In this document: positions 1 to 13,200 of the stretch, piece after piece | Position numbering within the stretch: position 1 is the first letter of the stretch | How the letters are laid out: each line of letters begins with the position of its first letter | DNA from: Mobula hypostoma | Taxonomy: Eukaryota | Length of the DNA: 64,000 nucleotides | NCBI RefSeq assembly: GCF_963921235.1 | Contig: NC_086097.1 | Coordinates: 182,902,001 to 182,966,000, forward strand | Reading direction: 5' to 3' | The notes under the pieces: model-generated | What the model saw: only the letters and a program-made list of their open reading frames with translations | Database searches by the model: none | What the model was told of the DNA's origin: nothing | Program-made: the position numbers and the translations under genes

Positions 1-550
1 TGATTTTCCAACCCTGGGGAAAAGATAGTAAATATGCACCCTGTCGATGCCCTACTATAAGATCACCTGTAATTCTACCATGCTTCAACGTATAAAGTCC
101 CAACCTGCTCAACCTCTCATAATAAATTAGTCTCTCAAATCCTGGCAGCATCTTCATAAATCTCATTAGTACTCTTTCCACCTTAATTGCATCTTTCCTA
201 TAACAGTGTGACCAAAACCAAACTCAATACTCCAAATGTGGCCTCATTGACATCTTGTAGAACTGCAACGTAGCTCAAGTTCTGTACTCAATGAAAGCTG
301 GCATGCCAAGTGAATTTACCATCTTGTCTACCTGTAATTTCACTTTCAGAGAACTGTGTACTTGTATTTCTAGATCCTACTGTTCTACATCACTCCTCGG
401 GGCCCTACCATTCACTAAGGAAGACAGACCTGGATTTGCCTTCATAAAATACGTTGTCCTTATCTGAATATAACTCCATTTGCCATTCCTCAGCGAATTA
501 CCCAGCTAATCAAGACTCATTTGTAAATCCTCATAACTTCCTTCATTGTC
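1..550 (-). mobile_element. CR1-type LINE fragment (RT C-terminal region), degraded
   Basis: Similar to the better preserved CR1 copy at 5445-6260 (e.g. caatactccaaatgtggcct, reverse of RPHLEY). Confidence 0.6.
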
Positions 551-1042
551 GTCACAGTACTTGTCTCCTATGATGTGCTAACCTCATCTGCACATAGTAC
601 TCCATGTGCAATATAACCTGTGAAGCTGTAACAATCCAACCTCTATATTCCATGCACCATTTCATGAAGGTAAGATGAGCACCCCCTTCACCACCCTCTC
701 CACCAGTACCACCACTTTCAGGGAATCCTGAAGTTTCTCTGTTCAATATTCCTCATAGATACCTATCATTTACTCTACATGTACTCCCTTTTTCTAACTT
801 CTTAAAATGTTTCACATCCCACTCTTTTGGATTAAACTTTATCCACTAAAGTTCTTCTAACCTTTTCACCTAATCTGTATCCTGCCAAAGCCTTGGACAA
901 CCTCCCTCATTGTCCATTACACCCACGACTTTTGTGGGATCTATTGGTTCGATGGAAGAGTGCAAAAGGACAAGTTGGACCATCAGATTCAGAGAGTAAC
1001 CAACAGAATGCACTGACATTGTCCTCTGGTCTCCTGGTCTAG

Positions 1043-1261
1043 AGGAACCCACCTATCCATCCAATACCTCTGGCTTCCCAGAGGTGGGCTCTGCTACCCC
1101 GACTGCTCCAGGAGAGATGACTTTACCTCCAACCAGCACAGCCGGCTGCCGGAATGGGGAGTTCCGCTGTCACAATGGTCACTGTGTTCAGGCTGGAGTT
1201 GCAGGACGTGTATGTGATGGAGTCAATGACTGTGGAGATGCTTCGGATGAGCTGTACTGTG
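1043..1261 (+). CDS. SSPO: SSPO exon: linker + LDL-receptor class A module
   Basis: ctag acceptor, G/gtgagt donor; [14 protein letters not shown]...[38 protein letters not shown]. Confidence 0.85.
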
Positions 1262-4200
1262 GTGAGTCTCTCCCCTGCTCAGGGTAAGGGTCGGAGGGCA
1301 GGTTACAGGTCAGACTCTGAGTGTGGAGGACCAGAGTCTACAAAGAGATGTGGTAAGTTTAGTTTCTGGGGAGAAGCTGGCAAATGGGGATACTGTAAAG
1401 TTATCCACACTGTAAGAACGTTGTTCAATCAGAGAAATACTGTAGGTTGCTGCGGTTGGGAGAGACTGCCGATTCTCAGATGGAAATGCAAAGCTGTAAT
1501 GTGCAGCAAGATGGTCTCTGTTTCAAGAGATGGAGCATCAAATTGAGGAAGACTTGCTACACTTGCTGTGTACGGTTCTGCTCTCCCTGTTTAAGGAGGA
1601 GTGTTTGAACATGGGGCAGTTCAGAGAAGATACACTAGGTTGGGGTAGAGGGCAGAGCAGTCATCTCCGAAATTTGGAATAAACAAGACATAACTGTTAA
1701 CCTAAAACATTCACTCTTTTCTCTCTCCAGAGTTGCTGCCTGATCTGTTGGGTCTTTCTAGCGGTTTCTTTTCCCATTTAAGGGAAAATATTGAGCACAG
1801 AGTCAGCATGAACATGTTGGTCCAAAGGGCCTGCTCCTGAGTAACTTGCCTCTATGACTTGTGGAGTACTGGAGAGGGTAGATGCTGAGAGGATAATTCA
1901 GTGCAGGAGGGGAAAGTAGAAGCTTCTGGAGGAACCTGATGTGTCAGGTAGCATCTGTGGAGGGAAATGGAAAGTCAAGGTTTCAGGTTGAGACCTTTCA
2001 TCTGGACACTCCTATTGAATGTCTTTAGAAATGCTGGAGTGGAGTATGCAGGATCAGCAAATGTGTCGTCTGTATGTGAGTGTGTGTTGGGTGAGTGTGC
2101 AGGGCGAGTGTGCGGCAAGCGTGCGCTGGGTGAGTGGGCTGTGAACGTGCATTGGGTGAGTGTGGCTGCATTTTGCAGATGCTCCTGTAACCAAGAGTTG
2201 TTGATCCCTCAGGAACGGTTCCCCCGACCATGTTGGGTTCAACAGGCTGTCTACAGTCGGAGTTTCGCTGTAGAGCGAATGGGACATGTGTGTCTGTGTC
2301 CCAGAGATGTGATGGGCACTCTGACTGCAGTGATGGTACTGATGAGATCGGCTGTGTCTTCTCCAGGTAACACAGCTGGTCCCCATGGACCAGTACTGTG
2401 GGAGGAAGCAGAGAGTGGCCTTTCATAGCCCCTCCCCACCAGTCTCTTTCCTCCCTGACCAATAACATCCCCTCAATGTCTAACCCCCCCACCCCACCAC
2501 TGCCCTATAGCTTCCTGCAGCAACTCCTGCCCTCACTCCCTGACTGACCAGTAACATCTCCTCAATGTCTAACCCCCCCACCCCACCACTGCCCTATAGC
2601 TTCCTGCAGCAACTCCCGCCCTCCCTCCTTGACTGACCAATGCCTTCTCTCTCTCTCCCAGCACCACACAGGGTAGGAAAATGGTCACGGCTCAGGAGTC
2701 CCGCAGCACTGACCACCAGTCAGGCTCGCAGGACACATCACCGAGGACTCCTGTGAGTGGTGCCCTGCCCACCACAGACACTGGGCACTGGGCTATCATC
2801 GGACCATCCGCTGACGTCTCATCGAAAACCACCCTTGTTCCTCCAAGCCGAGGTTCAGATCTCACTGAGGCACATCAACCTGAGCAGGAGCACACATCTC
2901 CCAGACCAAGGGTTGGAGAGCCAGCGGCCACCCCCTTCACCCAGGTGGGTCTGAGCCTGTTGCTGCGGCTGCTTCTGGGACCTGGGACAGGGTGAGGTGC
3001 CCAGGAGAGTCGTGCTGTGAGCAGCTGGCCCAATGCTGGCTCCTCCAACAGGCCTTTCACTGGGTTACCCCCTCCCTGAGCATTTGGCAGCAGATTGTGG
3101 AGGAGGGATTGGTGAAAGGGGAAGGGAAGGGTTCAGGGATGGCTGGTGAGTTCCAGTGCTCACTGTCTTGTTCTCCCTACCTCTTCACAGATGGAGCCCA
3201 GGACTGAGGAGCGGAGAGAGAATAGGTCATCAGGGCCCATTTCCCGGCCTCAGCCCCCTGGTACAGTCGTACAGTCCCTGACCGCAATGCAGCAACTCCA
3301 ATGTATCCTCACCCATCCTGCTGCTCCCTTCCCTCTCCCTCCCTGCTCTCCCCCTCTCCCACCGATTCCTTCTCCTCCCCTCCCTCTCCCTTCCTGCTCT
3401 CCCCCTCTCCCACCGATTCCTTCTCCTCCCCTCCCTCTCCCTTCCTGCTCTCCCCCTCTCCCACCGATTCCTTCTCCTCTCCTCTCCTCCCCTCCCCCTC
3501 CCTCCCCTCCCTCTCCCTCCCTGCTCTCCCCCTCTCCCACCGATTCCTTCTCCTCTCCTCCCTTCCCCTCCCTCTCCCTCCCTGCTCTCTCCCTCTCCCA
3601 CCGATTCCTTCTCCTCTCCTCTCCTCCCCTCCCCCCTCCCTCCCCTCCCTCTCCCTCCCTGCTCTCTCCCTCTCCCACCGATTCCTTCTCCTCTCCTCCC
3701 CTCCCCTCCCTCTCCCTCCCTGCTCTCTCCCTCTCCCACCGATTCCTTCTCCTCTCCCCCGCTCCCTCTCCCTCCTCCATCCATTCTACTTTTCCTCTAC
3801 TCATCCCCCTTCTCCACACGCCATCTCCCACTCCCTTCCTTTCCCACCTCCTCTCCTCTTCCCCTCTCCTGCACACCTTTCTCCTCTCTGTACAACTCGC
3901 TCTCCCACCCTCAATCCCAACTCTTCTCCCTGCCCATAAACCATCTCCCTTCCCACCCCTCTCCTGCTCCCTCCCTCTCCCCATCTCAACTCTCCATCTT
4001 CCCCATTTCCCTTTGCCACTCTCTTTTCTTTCCTTCCTCCTTTTTGTCCAATTTCTCCTCCTTCCCCGATCCTCTCTCTCCCCTTCTCCCTTCCCCGTGA
4101 CCCTTTCTCTGCTACCACTGACCTCTGCTCCTCCCCTCAGGTCCCTGTGACAAGCCGCTGGGGCTGGAGGATGGCCGGATCCGTTACCAGCAGCTAAGTG

Positions 4201-7200
4201 CCTCCTCATCCCGGGAGAGTAACCCTCCCGATGCCGGACGTCTCAACATCATCCCCAACATGTGAGTGAGCCCTTCCCATTATCTGCTGCCCAGCCAGGG
4301 AGTCAGAGAGCCGTCTCTCTGGATGCAGGAGCAGATGGGTAGATAGGGCAAGGCATGGTCAGTGGCCGTTTACCCAGGACTGGGTCAGGGGTCGGGCTGC
4401 TGACCTGAGACATGGTCAAGGGGTGAGGTCACTGAGCTGGGGACAAGGTCAGAGGTTGGATCACTGACTTGGGGCGCAGTCAGCTGACCTGGGTTATGGT
4501 CAGGGGTTAGGTCACTGAAGGTGTAAGTGACTTAGTTCTTTGTCTTTCAGACTGAAGCTGGAGCCCGGCTGGAGTCCAGAGGATGGGGATCCCAGTCCTT
4601 ACTTCCAGGTGGATTTCCTGGTGCCAACATTCATATCCGGTGTGATTACCCAGGGAGGGAGTCGATCAGGAGGCTTCGTCACCCACTACAGGCTCATGTC
4701 CAGTTACGATGGGATCCACTTTGTAAATTATACTGGTACAACAGACTGGACAATGCCTCCCCAGGTAGGCAGCATCATGGTGGGGATTGTTACAGGCCAT
4801 CCCTTACGGGGCAGGCTGACAGGATGGATGATACTGGGCAGAAGTTACAGGCTATGTGTTATGAGCATTAAGGGATGGGTATTTCAAGCCATGCGCTAAA
4901 TCACTGAAGGACAGGCTTTACCAATCATGTGTTAGAATCATTGCAGGACAGCTATTACAGACCATGTGTTGCAGGCATTTCAGGATGCACATTTCTGACC
5001 ATGCATTACAAGCAACGTGCTATATACACGTAGTGTTGAGGGTGGGCAGCTGTATCCATGCTGCAGTATTCTGAATATTTGCCTGGGAACACCTGCAAGT
5101 CAGCTGACTGGTGATTGGTTTCTCTGTATATTTGCCCAGGTCAGAGTGAAAAAACCCTTCCCTGTCTCCCCACCAACGCCTGAGGCTGAGGGTGGTGTTC
5201 AGATGTGAGATAAGTGACAGACCTGGTTCAGTCACTAAGGTTTGGAAGGCAGGGAACTGCAGAGCCTCATCCACAATCTCCCAAACACCTTCTGATTCAA
5301 GGGTAATGACTGGAAAATTGTAAATGCTTCACCCTCGTTCAAGAAAGGACATGAGATTAAACCCAGGAGCCAAAATCAATTGACTTGGCATTAGAGAGGA
5401 TTCTGGAAACAGTTGTCAGATACTGAGTTAGTAGAGAATGGTTAGATAACACAGAAACATATAAACATAGAAAACCTACAGCACAATACATAAAGCTGTG
5501 CCGAACATGTCCTTACCTTAGAAACTACCTAGGGTTACCCATAGCCCTCTATTTTACTAGGCTCCATGTATCTATCTAGGATTCTCTTAAAAGACCCTGT
5601 AGTATCTGCCTCCACCACCGTCACTGGCAGCCCATCCCACGCACTCACCACTCTCTGCATAAAAAATTTACCCCTGACATCTCCTCTGTATCTACTTCCA
5701 AGCACCTTAAAACTGTGCCCTCTTGTGCTAGGCATTCCAGCCCTGGGAAAAAGCCTCTGACTATCCACACGATCAATGCCTCTCATCATCTTACACACCT
5801 CTATCAGGTCACTTCTCATCCTCTGTCGCTCCAAGGAAAAAAGGCTGAGTTCACTCAACCTATTCTCATAAGGCATGCTCCCCAATCCACGCAACATCTT
5901 TGTAAATCTCCTCTGCACCCTTTCTATGGTTTCTATGTCCTTCCTGTGGTGAGGTGACCAGAACTGAGCACAGTACTCCAAGTGTGGTCTGGCCAGGGTC
6001 CTATAGAGCTGCAATGTTACCTCTCGGCTCCCAAACACAATCCCACAATTGATGAAGCCCAATACACCGTATGCCTTCTTAACCACAGAGTCAACCTGCA
6101 CAGCCAACTTTGACTTTTATTGTGAATCACATCTCACTAATTTGTTGAGGTTTTTGCTGAAGTAAAGGAGAGTGTCAATGGGATAATTGTGCCCAGTGTG
6201 GACTTCCAGAAGAGTTTAATAAGGTGTCACATGATAGGCTTGAGATCAGATTGAGGGCATGAAAAGACAGGGTGTGGTATCCCAGAAGGAAATCAGCACA
6301 GTCAATGGGAGGTGGAGGTTGCAGTGAGAGGTCAGTTCTGTACACACAGTTCCCAGAATCAGTACCAGTACTACTGCTCCTCACCATACTGATGCCCTGT
6401 TCAGTGTGCGGATGAACTGAGTAACAGACGTCAAAGTGAAGATGGCAGAGCAAGGAGAGGCAATGCCAATGCTTCTGTCAGGGGTACAAAAGCAGGAGCT
6501 ACTGTGACACATGTTCACACTTCACAGGCCAGCTTACGGACATAGGAACTAGAGACAGAGTTACCTTTCAGCCCCTCATTCCTGTCCCACCATTCTATAG
6601 CATCCTGGCTGATTTCCCTCAATGCACTTCCCTGAACTATCCCCAGGTTCCCTTAATCTCAAAAATTGTTCATCCTATCTGAATTTCAGAGAGCCACCAT
6701 TCTCTTGGAGAAGGAAATTCTTCTCTCTGTCATGTGTGAGTGATCGTTATGTTTTAGACTGTCACCTCAGGTTCTACACCAACAAGAGAAAATCTGCAGA
6801 TGCTGGAAATCCGAGCAACACACACAAAATGCTGGAGGAAGTCAGCAGGCCAGGCAGCGTCTATGGAAAACAGTACAGTCGACACCTCAGCACTTTTTTC
6901 TCCAGTCCTGCTGAAGGATTGTGGCCTGAAATGTTGACTGTACTTCCTTCCATAGATTCTACACCAAACCTGGTGAAACACCTTCTCTACGTCTACACTG
7001 TTGAACTTTATTAGAAAGTTTGAGTGTGGTTGAGAAAGTATAATGGATCTGGACTTCATAATTAGATGCTCAGAATACAAGTGCAAGGAAGTCATGGTGA
7101 GTCCTATAAAATATTGGCTCACTTATAGAATACTCCACAGCTAGAGTATTTTGTTCATATTTCCATGCTTTAGGAAAGGCATTGGAGAGGGTGCACAAGA

Positions 7201-10200
7201 ACTTGTTCTAGGAGTGAGGGTCTTCAGCTGTGTGGATTGATTTGTGGGAGCTAGGAAAAGAGGAGGTTGTCAGGTATTCTGATGGAGATATTTTAAACCA
7301 TATTTATATGGTTTAACTGGGAAGGGTACAAAGACGTTGAAAAGAAACCTTTCCTATTGGTGCAGGAATGAGGGACCAGGGCAAAGCAAAAACAAACGGA
7401 ATTAGTGCCTGGAATGCACAACGTGGATAAATAGGGTCAGGTTGAACAGAAAACGCTGATGTGGGGTCTGGGAAGTGGGAACGCAACAAGGGACCTGGGG
7501 GAGTGGGAACCCGAGGGGACCTGTTGGGAGGGTATCAGAGGGTGGAATAAAGGGGTGATGAGCTGGATTCCTCCTACATAGAACTGGCACACATTGCAAA
7601 GGCTGAATGGTATCCAGACCTGTTGTAACCATTTATGATTCTGAAAGAGGCGATTACAGATCCCAGGTGCTGCAGACGGACACATCCAACATAAGCCTTG
7701 GGAATACGGAAGTCAATGTACATACAGCAAGCTCCCACAAACAGCAGATAATGAAAGCATAGCTGAATAAGGAATGAAGAGAGTTTTTATTGAAACATTA
7801 ACTAGTGAAAGGGGTGGACGGGGTAACTAAAATCAGGGACAATAGCTTCAGCCTGAGATGAGGAGGAATTCTTCTCATAGAAGGTGAAGAACCTCTGGAA
7901 TTCGCTCACAGTGAACAGCGGAGACAGAATTACTGAATATATTCAGAGTGGTGACTGACATATCAAACTACAAGGGAGTCAGGATTTGGAGAGCGAGTGG
8001 GGAAGTGTTCTTGAGGCCAAGTCTAGATCGGCTTTGATCTCATTTGAATGGTGGAGCAGTTGTGGAACTGAGGGACCCACGCGTTCTCCTGATAGTCATT
8101 TCAGTCATTCTGCAGTGACCTCTTGTGGACATTTAGTTTAACTCAAATCATCGGGTTCCAGATTCTTGGAGCAAATTCTGACAGTAACACGCCAGTGAGG
8201 CGGGACCTCAAGCAGCTGATCTTCGCTCGTTACCTGAGGATTATTCCAGTCCGTCAAGTTAATGGGATCTTCCTGCGCACTGAGATTCTGGGCTGTCCCT
8301 GGAGTAAGTGACAGAAACAAGCCAGATTCCCCTTGCTCTCCCCCTCCACTCCTTTCTCTCATACAACAGTACATTTGTACAGCACATAAACAGGCTCCTC
8401 AGCCAACTGAATCCCTACCCACCTTTGTGCCCATCTACTCTAGTCCCATTGGCCCACCTTCGGACTGAACCTGTCCACACCTCACTTTTTGAAGTGTCTG
8501 TCTTCTAAGTGCAGTGACTATATCTGATTCCCCCACCTCATCTGGCAGTGAGTTTGAGATATCAACCAGATCTCCTTTAAAACTCCTTCCCTTCACCTTA
8601 ATCTTGTGCCCTCTGGTTTTTCTCACCTCTAAATTGGGGGAAAGATTCCCACCTCCCATCCTATCTATATCTGCTACTTTTATACATCGAATCCAGGACA
8701 TCCCTCAGCCTTCTGTGTTCGAAGGAAAATGAGCTCAACCTGTCCCATCTCTCCCCATAACTAAAGCCCTCTAGACCAGGCAACATCCTGATGAATCTCA
8801 AACAAGAGAAAATCTGCAGGTGCTGGAAGTCCAAGCAACACACACAAAATGCTGGAGGATCTCAGCAGGCCAGGCAGCATCTATGGAAAAGAGTATGGTT
8901 GACGTTTCAGGCCGAGACCCTTCACCAGTCCTGCCGAAGGGTCTTGGCCCAAAACGTCAACTGTTCTCTTTTCCATAGATGCTGCCTGGCCTGTTGGATT
9001 CCTCCAGCATTTTCTGTGTGATCCTGATGAATCTACTCACCATCCAGCGCAACAATCTTCTCCCCGAGGTGTGGCAACCAGAAATGGCACACAATGTTCC
9101 AAGTGCGGTCTAAAAAGTCACAGCCTTATACAGCACAGAAGTAGGCCCTTCAGCCCATCTGGTCCATGCCACCAAGATTCCCATCTAAACTAGTCCCATT
9201 TGCCCATGTTTGACCCAGATTCCTCTAAACCTTTCCTATCCATGCATTTGTTCAAGTTTCTTTTTATACCCTCTTCAAACACTTCCTCTGGCAGTTCATT
9301 CCATATACCCAACACCTGGGTGAAAAAATTGCCCCTCAGGATCCAATTATACCTCTCCCCTTTCACCTTAAACCTGTGCCCTCTAGTTCTTAATTCCAAA
9401 ACCCTGGGATGAAGACTGAGTGCATTCATCCTACCTATACTGCTCATCATTATATTCACCTCTGTAAGATTCTTCTCCACTCCGAATGAAGACCTGAACT
9501 GGTCAACATCTCTCTGTAACTCAGTCCCTCAAGCTCATCTTTGTAAATCTTTTCTGTACTCTTTCTGACCTGTGCCACCATTCCTCAGTTCACTTACCCA
9601 GCTGATCAATGTCCCTGTGTACTTTTAAAACCTTTACTGTGTTCCCTGATCAAAGCTTTAATAACCTTTTTCATCCAAAGGTCCCTAATCTTGCCCTGTA
9701 CCATGATTACCTCTCTTTTAAAAGACACCTACTTTTCAGATGTTGCTTTACACCCAAGCTTTCTCTCTTTCCCTATCTTCTCACCCTCCTTCTGTCTCTC
9801 TCTGCTCTCTCTCACTCTCTTTTCCCTCCCTCTATCCTTCTCACCTCCATCTCACTCTCTCCCTGCCCCTCTCACCATTTTCCCCCTCTCTCCTCGACTT
9901 CTCATTATATCTTCCCTCCTCCCTCTTCCTTCTTTCCCCTTGATCTCTCCTTCAGCTTTCCCTCTCTTTCTTCCCCCTCAGCCCCACCTTTGACCCCCCC
10001 CCCACCGCTGCCTGCCTCTTTCGTACCTGTTATTGTTGGCTTTGTGTCACAAGGTAATGAATTGTTTGGTCATGTTGCAGCCCAGCTGTCAACCGACGAG
10101 CATGTTCTGGGGCCGGGAGTTCCAGAAAGATCTGCGACCAGCACCACACAGAGCCCTGTGGACACGGGCTCGCAGAGTGCTTGGACTGGATCCGGAGGAT

Positions 10201-13200
10201 GGCAGACTACCGCGTCACCAAGGCCCTTTCCAGCTAGCCTGTGTCAACAAGGAGAGTTCCAGTGTAGGAGTGGAGAATGCATCAATGCTTCAACAGCTCT
10301 GTGCAATCAGAGAGCTGAGTGTAGGGACTTTTCTGATGAAGAGGGATGTGGTGAGTGTTCTTCAGCTGGGAGCAGACATTGCTACCACACTCCAGGACCA
10401 GCTTTGGTCCTTTATCCTAAATCTTTCTCTGACCAATACACTTGTCCACTGTCACCTGTTTCCATCTGACACAAGCCAGATTTGGACCTAATTTGTCTTG
10501 GATTACCTGGGTTTTAACGTTATGGAATAGCCTTTTCTATGGGACCTTGTCACAGACCATTTGGAAGTCCACATAAGCCTCAACAGTAAATTTAGTTACT
10601 CAAGTTAAATCAGACCAACTGGATCTCCCACAAACAGGCCCATGCCACATAATTCTGAACAACTTCTGCTGTTCCGTGTGAGGATTAATCCTTTCCAATA
10701 ACCTCCCTACCACTCACTCCAGATTCCCTGCTTTAGAAACATAGAAACATAGAAAATAGATGCAGGAGTAGGCCATTCGGCCCTTCGAGCCTGCACTGCC
10801 ATTCAGTATGATCATGACTGATCATCCAACTCAGAACCCTGTACCAGCCTTCCCTCCATACCCCCTGATCCCTTTAGCCACAAGGGCCATATCTAACTCC
10901 CTCTTAAATATAGCCAATGAACTGGCCTCAACTGTTTCCTGTGGCAGAGAATTCCACAGATTCACCACTCTCTGTGTGAAGAAGCTTTTCCTCATCTTGA
11001 TTCTAAAAGGCTTCCCCTTTATCCTCAAACTGTGACCCCTCATTCTGGACTTCCCCAACATCGGGAACAGTCTTCCTGCTCTAGCCTGTCCAATCCCTTT
11101 AGGAATTTATACGTTTCAATAAGATCCCCCCTTGATCTTCTAAATTCCAATGAGTATAAGCCTAGTCGATCCAGTCTTTCATCATATGAAAGTCCTGCCA
11201 TCCCAGGAATCAATCTCTGCAATTACAGTCCTCTAGTCGCTCAGCACCTCAACTGTGGCCAGCGAAAATTTACAAATCTCATACACAGCCTCAACAATTC
11301 CACCCCCAACACCCACTCTACTCCCCCACCGACTGGCTCCCTGAGTGCCCAGAGACACGATTGTCCTTCCACTCTCTCATTGTATCTGATGGTGTTTTTG
11401 ACTATGGTTCTTTGGACTGTGTTTTCAGGAACACTGCCTCCTTGGCCCATTTCATTCCCCACACCTGTAGGATCCAGCACACAGGGGGGGTCCGGACGGA
11501 GCCTGCCGACCCCCAGGCCATCCTCTGCACCACAGGCTGATGATCTTCCACGTCCCAGTGTTAAAGCTACGAGCGCATCTGAGGTGACGCAAAGTAAGTG
11601 CTTGGCACAGGACGTCTCACCCCTGCTTGCCTCCCGTCTCTTGCCTCTCTTTGGCTACAGCTCCCTGCACTCTCCCTCCAACCTTCCGTCACCCTCCCTC
11701 CTCCAGCTTAAACAGGTTACACTGGGTGGAGGATGTCACAGAGAAGTGACAAGTTGGCCAGCGAGTCTGTGTGGGCAGGAGACAAAGATGGTTCAGGACA
11801 TATTCCGGCTAATCAGTGGCACTCCAGTTCCAGTTCCCTGGGTGTCGAAGGGTATGCAAGCAACATGGACAGGGAAAATGGAAGCTCCTGGCAAGCTGAC
11901 TGTGGAGCACAGCAGGAGACTGAGGAGATGGTGGGGTAGGGGAGACTACCACGAGGGACCTCGTCAAACACCTTGCTCAAGTCCATGTAGGCAACATTCA
12001 CTATCCTATCCTCATGATTCACCTTCGTCAGCTCCTCAAAAAATTTCAGTCAAGTTTGTAAGATGTGACCGACCTTACACAAAGCCATGCTGACTGTCCC
12101 TATCAATGAATGGGTAGGTAATCAATCTGTCTCCCATGGTGGGTAGGTCTAAAATTAGAGGACATAGAGTTAAGGTGAGAAGGAGGAGGTTTAAAGATGA
12201 TTCAGAGGGGAAACATAGCATTTGATACCTGGAATAAACAGCCAGAGGGGGTGGTGAAGGCAGGAACAGTAACAACATTTAAGCAGTACCTGAATGAGCA
12301 GGGCGGAGAGAGATATCGAGTTAATGAGGCAGGTGGGATTAGTGCAGATAGGCATGATGGTCACCATAGGCACAATGGACTGAAGAGCCTGTTTGTGTGC
12401 CGTATAACTGACAGTAATCCCATGTGCTAGCTTGTCAATCCTCGCTGGCCTTGTCTACAGGTGACACAACATTTAGTGACCTCTGCTCCTCATACCCTCC
12501 AGTAATCTGCTGGTCCTTTTCTCCTGCTGAGTGTACACCCTGTATCTATTGCTGTTGATGAAGTTAATTGGTGGAAAAATTAATAAAGTGGAGGAAGCTA
12601 TTTTTCACCCAGAAGGTTGTTGGTGGTAGGACTGTGGAAAGGAGACTGGAGTTGTTGGTACCAGTAGCACTAACTGCATTTACAAAGCAGCTGGTTGCAA
12701 TGTCACAGGCCAGAAGGAGGGACCTGCCCACCTTTGACCAGATTGAATTAAGTGGCCTCTTCACATGCTGTTGACTTCAGTGATTCCACAGTATGACCTT
12801 TACCCTACAATCCCACCCCTTCCCAGGTCTGGAATTCTGGGGAGACTTGCCTCCGTTTCTCCGAGTTCTCTGTCTGGATGGACAGTTCAAGTGCAGGTCA
12901 TTTGACTGCGTCGACTCAGACCAGGTCTGTGATGGGTATCCTGACTGTCCTGATGGCTCAGATGAACAGCATTGTGGTGAGTGTGCTCTGGGAGGGGTGG
13001 CACTGTGTCCAGTGTACTCTGGGATGGGTGACACTGTGTCCAATGTACTCTGGGAGGGGCGGCACTGTGTCCAGTGTACTCTGGGAGGGGTGGCACTGTG
13101 TCCAGTGTTCTCTGGGAGGGGTGGCACTGTGTCCACTGTACTCTGGGAGGGGTGGCACTGTGGTTGGTGCACTCTGGGATTCGTGTCCCACTGTTAATTG

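Noticed and set aside
2171..2212. Upstream alternative acceptor ttttgcag at 2178 for the second LDLa exon
   Set aside because: Gives an in-frame TGA within 8 codons; the 2212 acceptor preserves the frame.
3146..4209. Long ORFs of 184-334 aa on both strands (Pro/Ser/Leu-rich or Gly/Arg/Glu-rich)
   Set aside because: Translations of a CT-rich repeat that lacks stops by composition; only 3191-3260 and 4141 onward are real exons.
4355..4520. Cluster of GGTCA/TGACC nuclear-receptor half-sites in a short intron
   Set aside because: Explained by a degenerate tandem repeat; no consistent DR/IR spacing or conservation evidence.
11032..12093. 353-aa ORF on the + strand
   Set aside because: Chance read-through joining antisense CR1 sequence, the real 165-nt exon (11429-11593) and intron sequence.
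12981..13180. CACTGTG (RAG RSS heptamer, reverse strand) in every 31-bp unit
   Set aside because: No nonamer at 12/23 spacing and no V/D/J segments nearby; coincidental.
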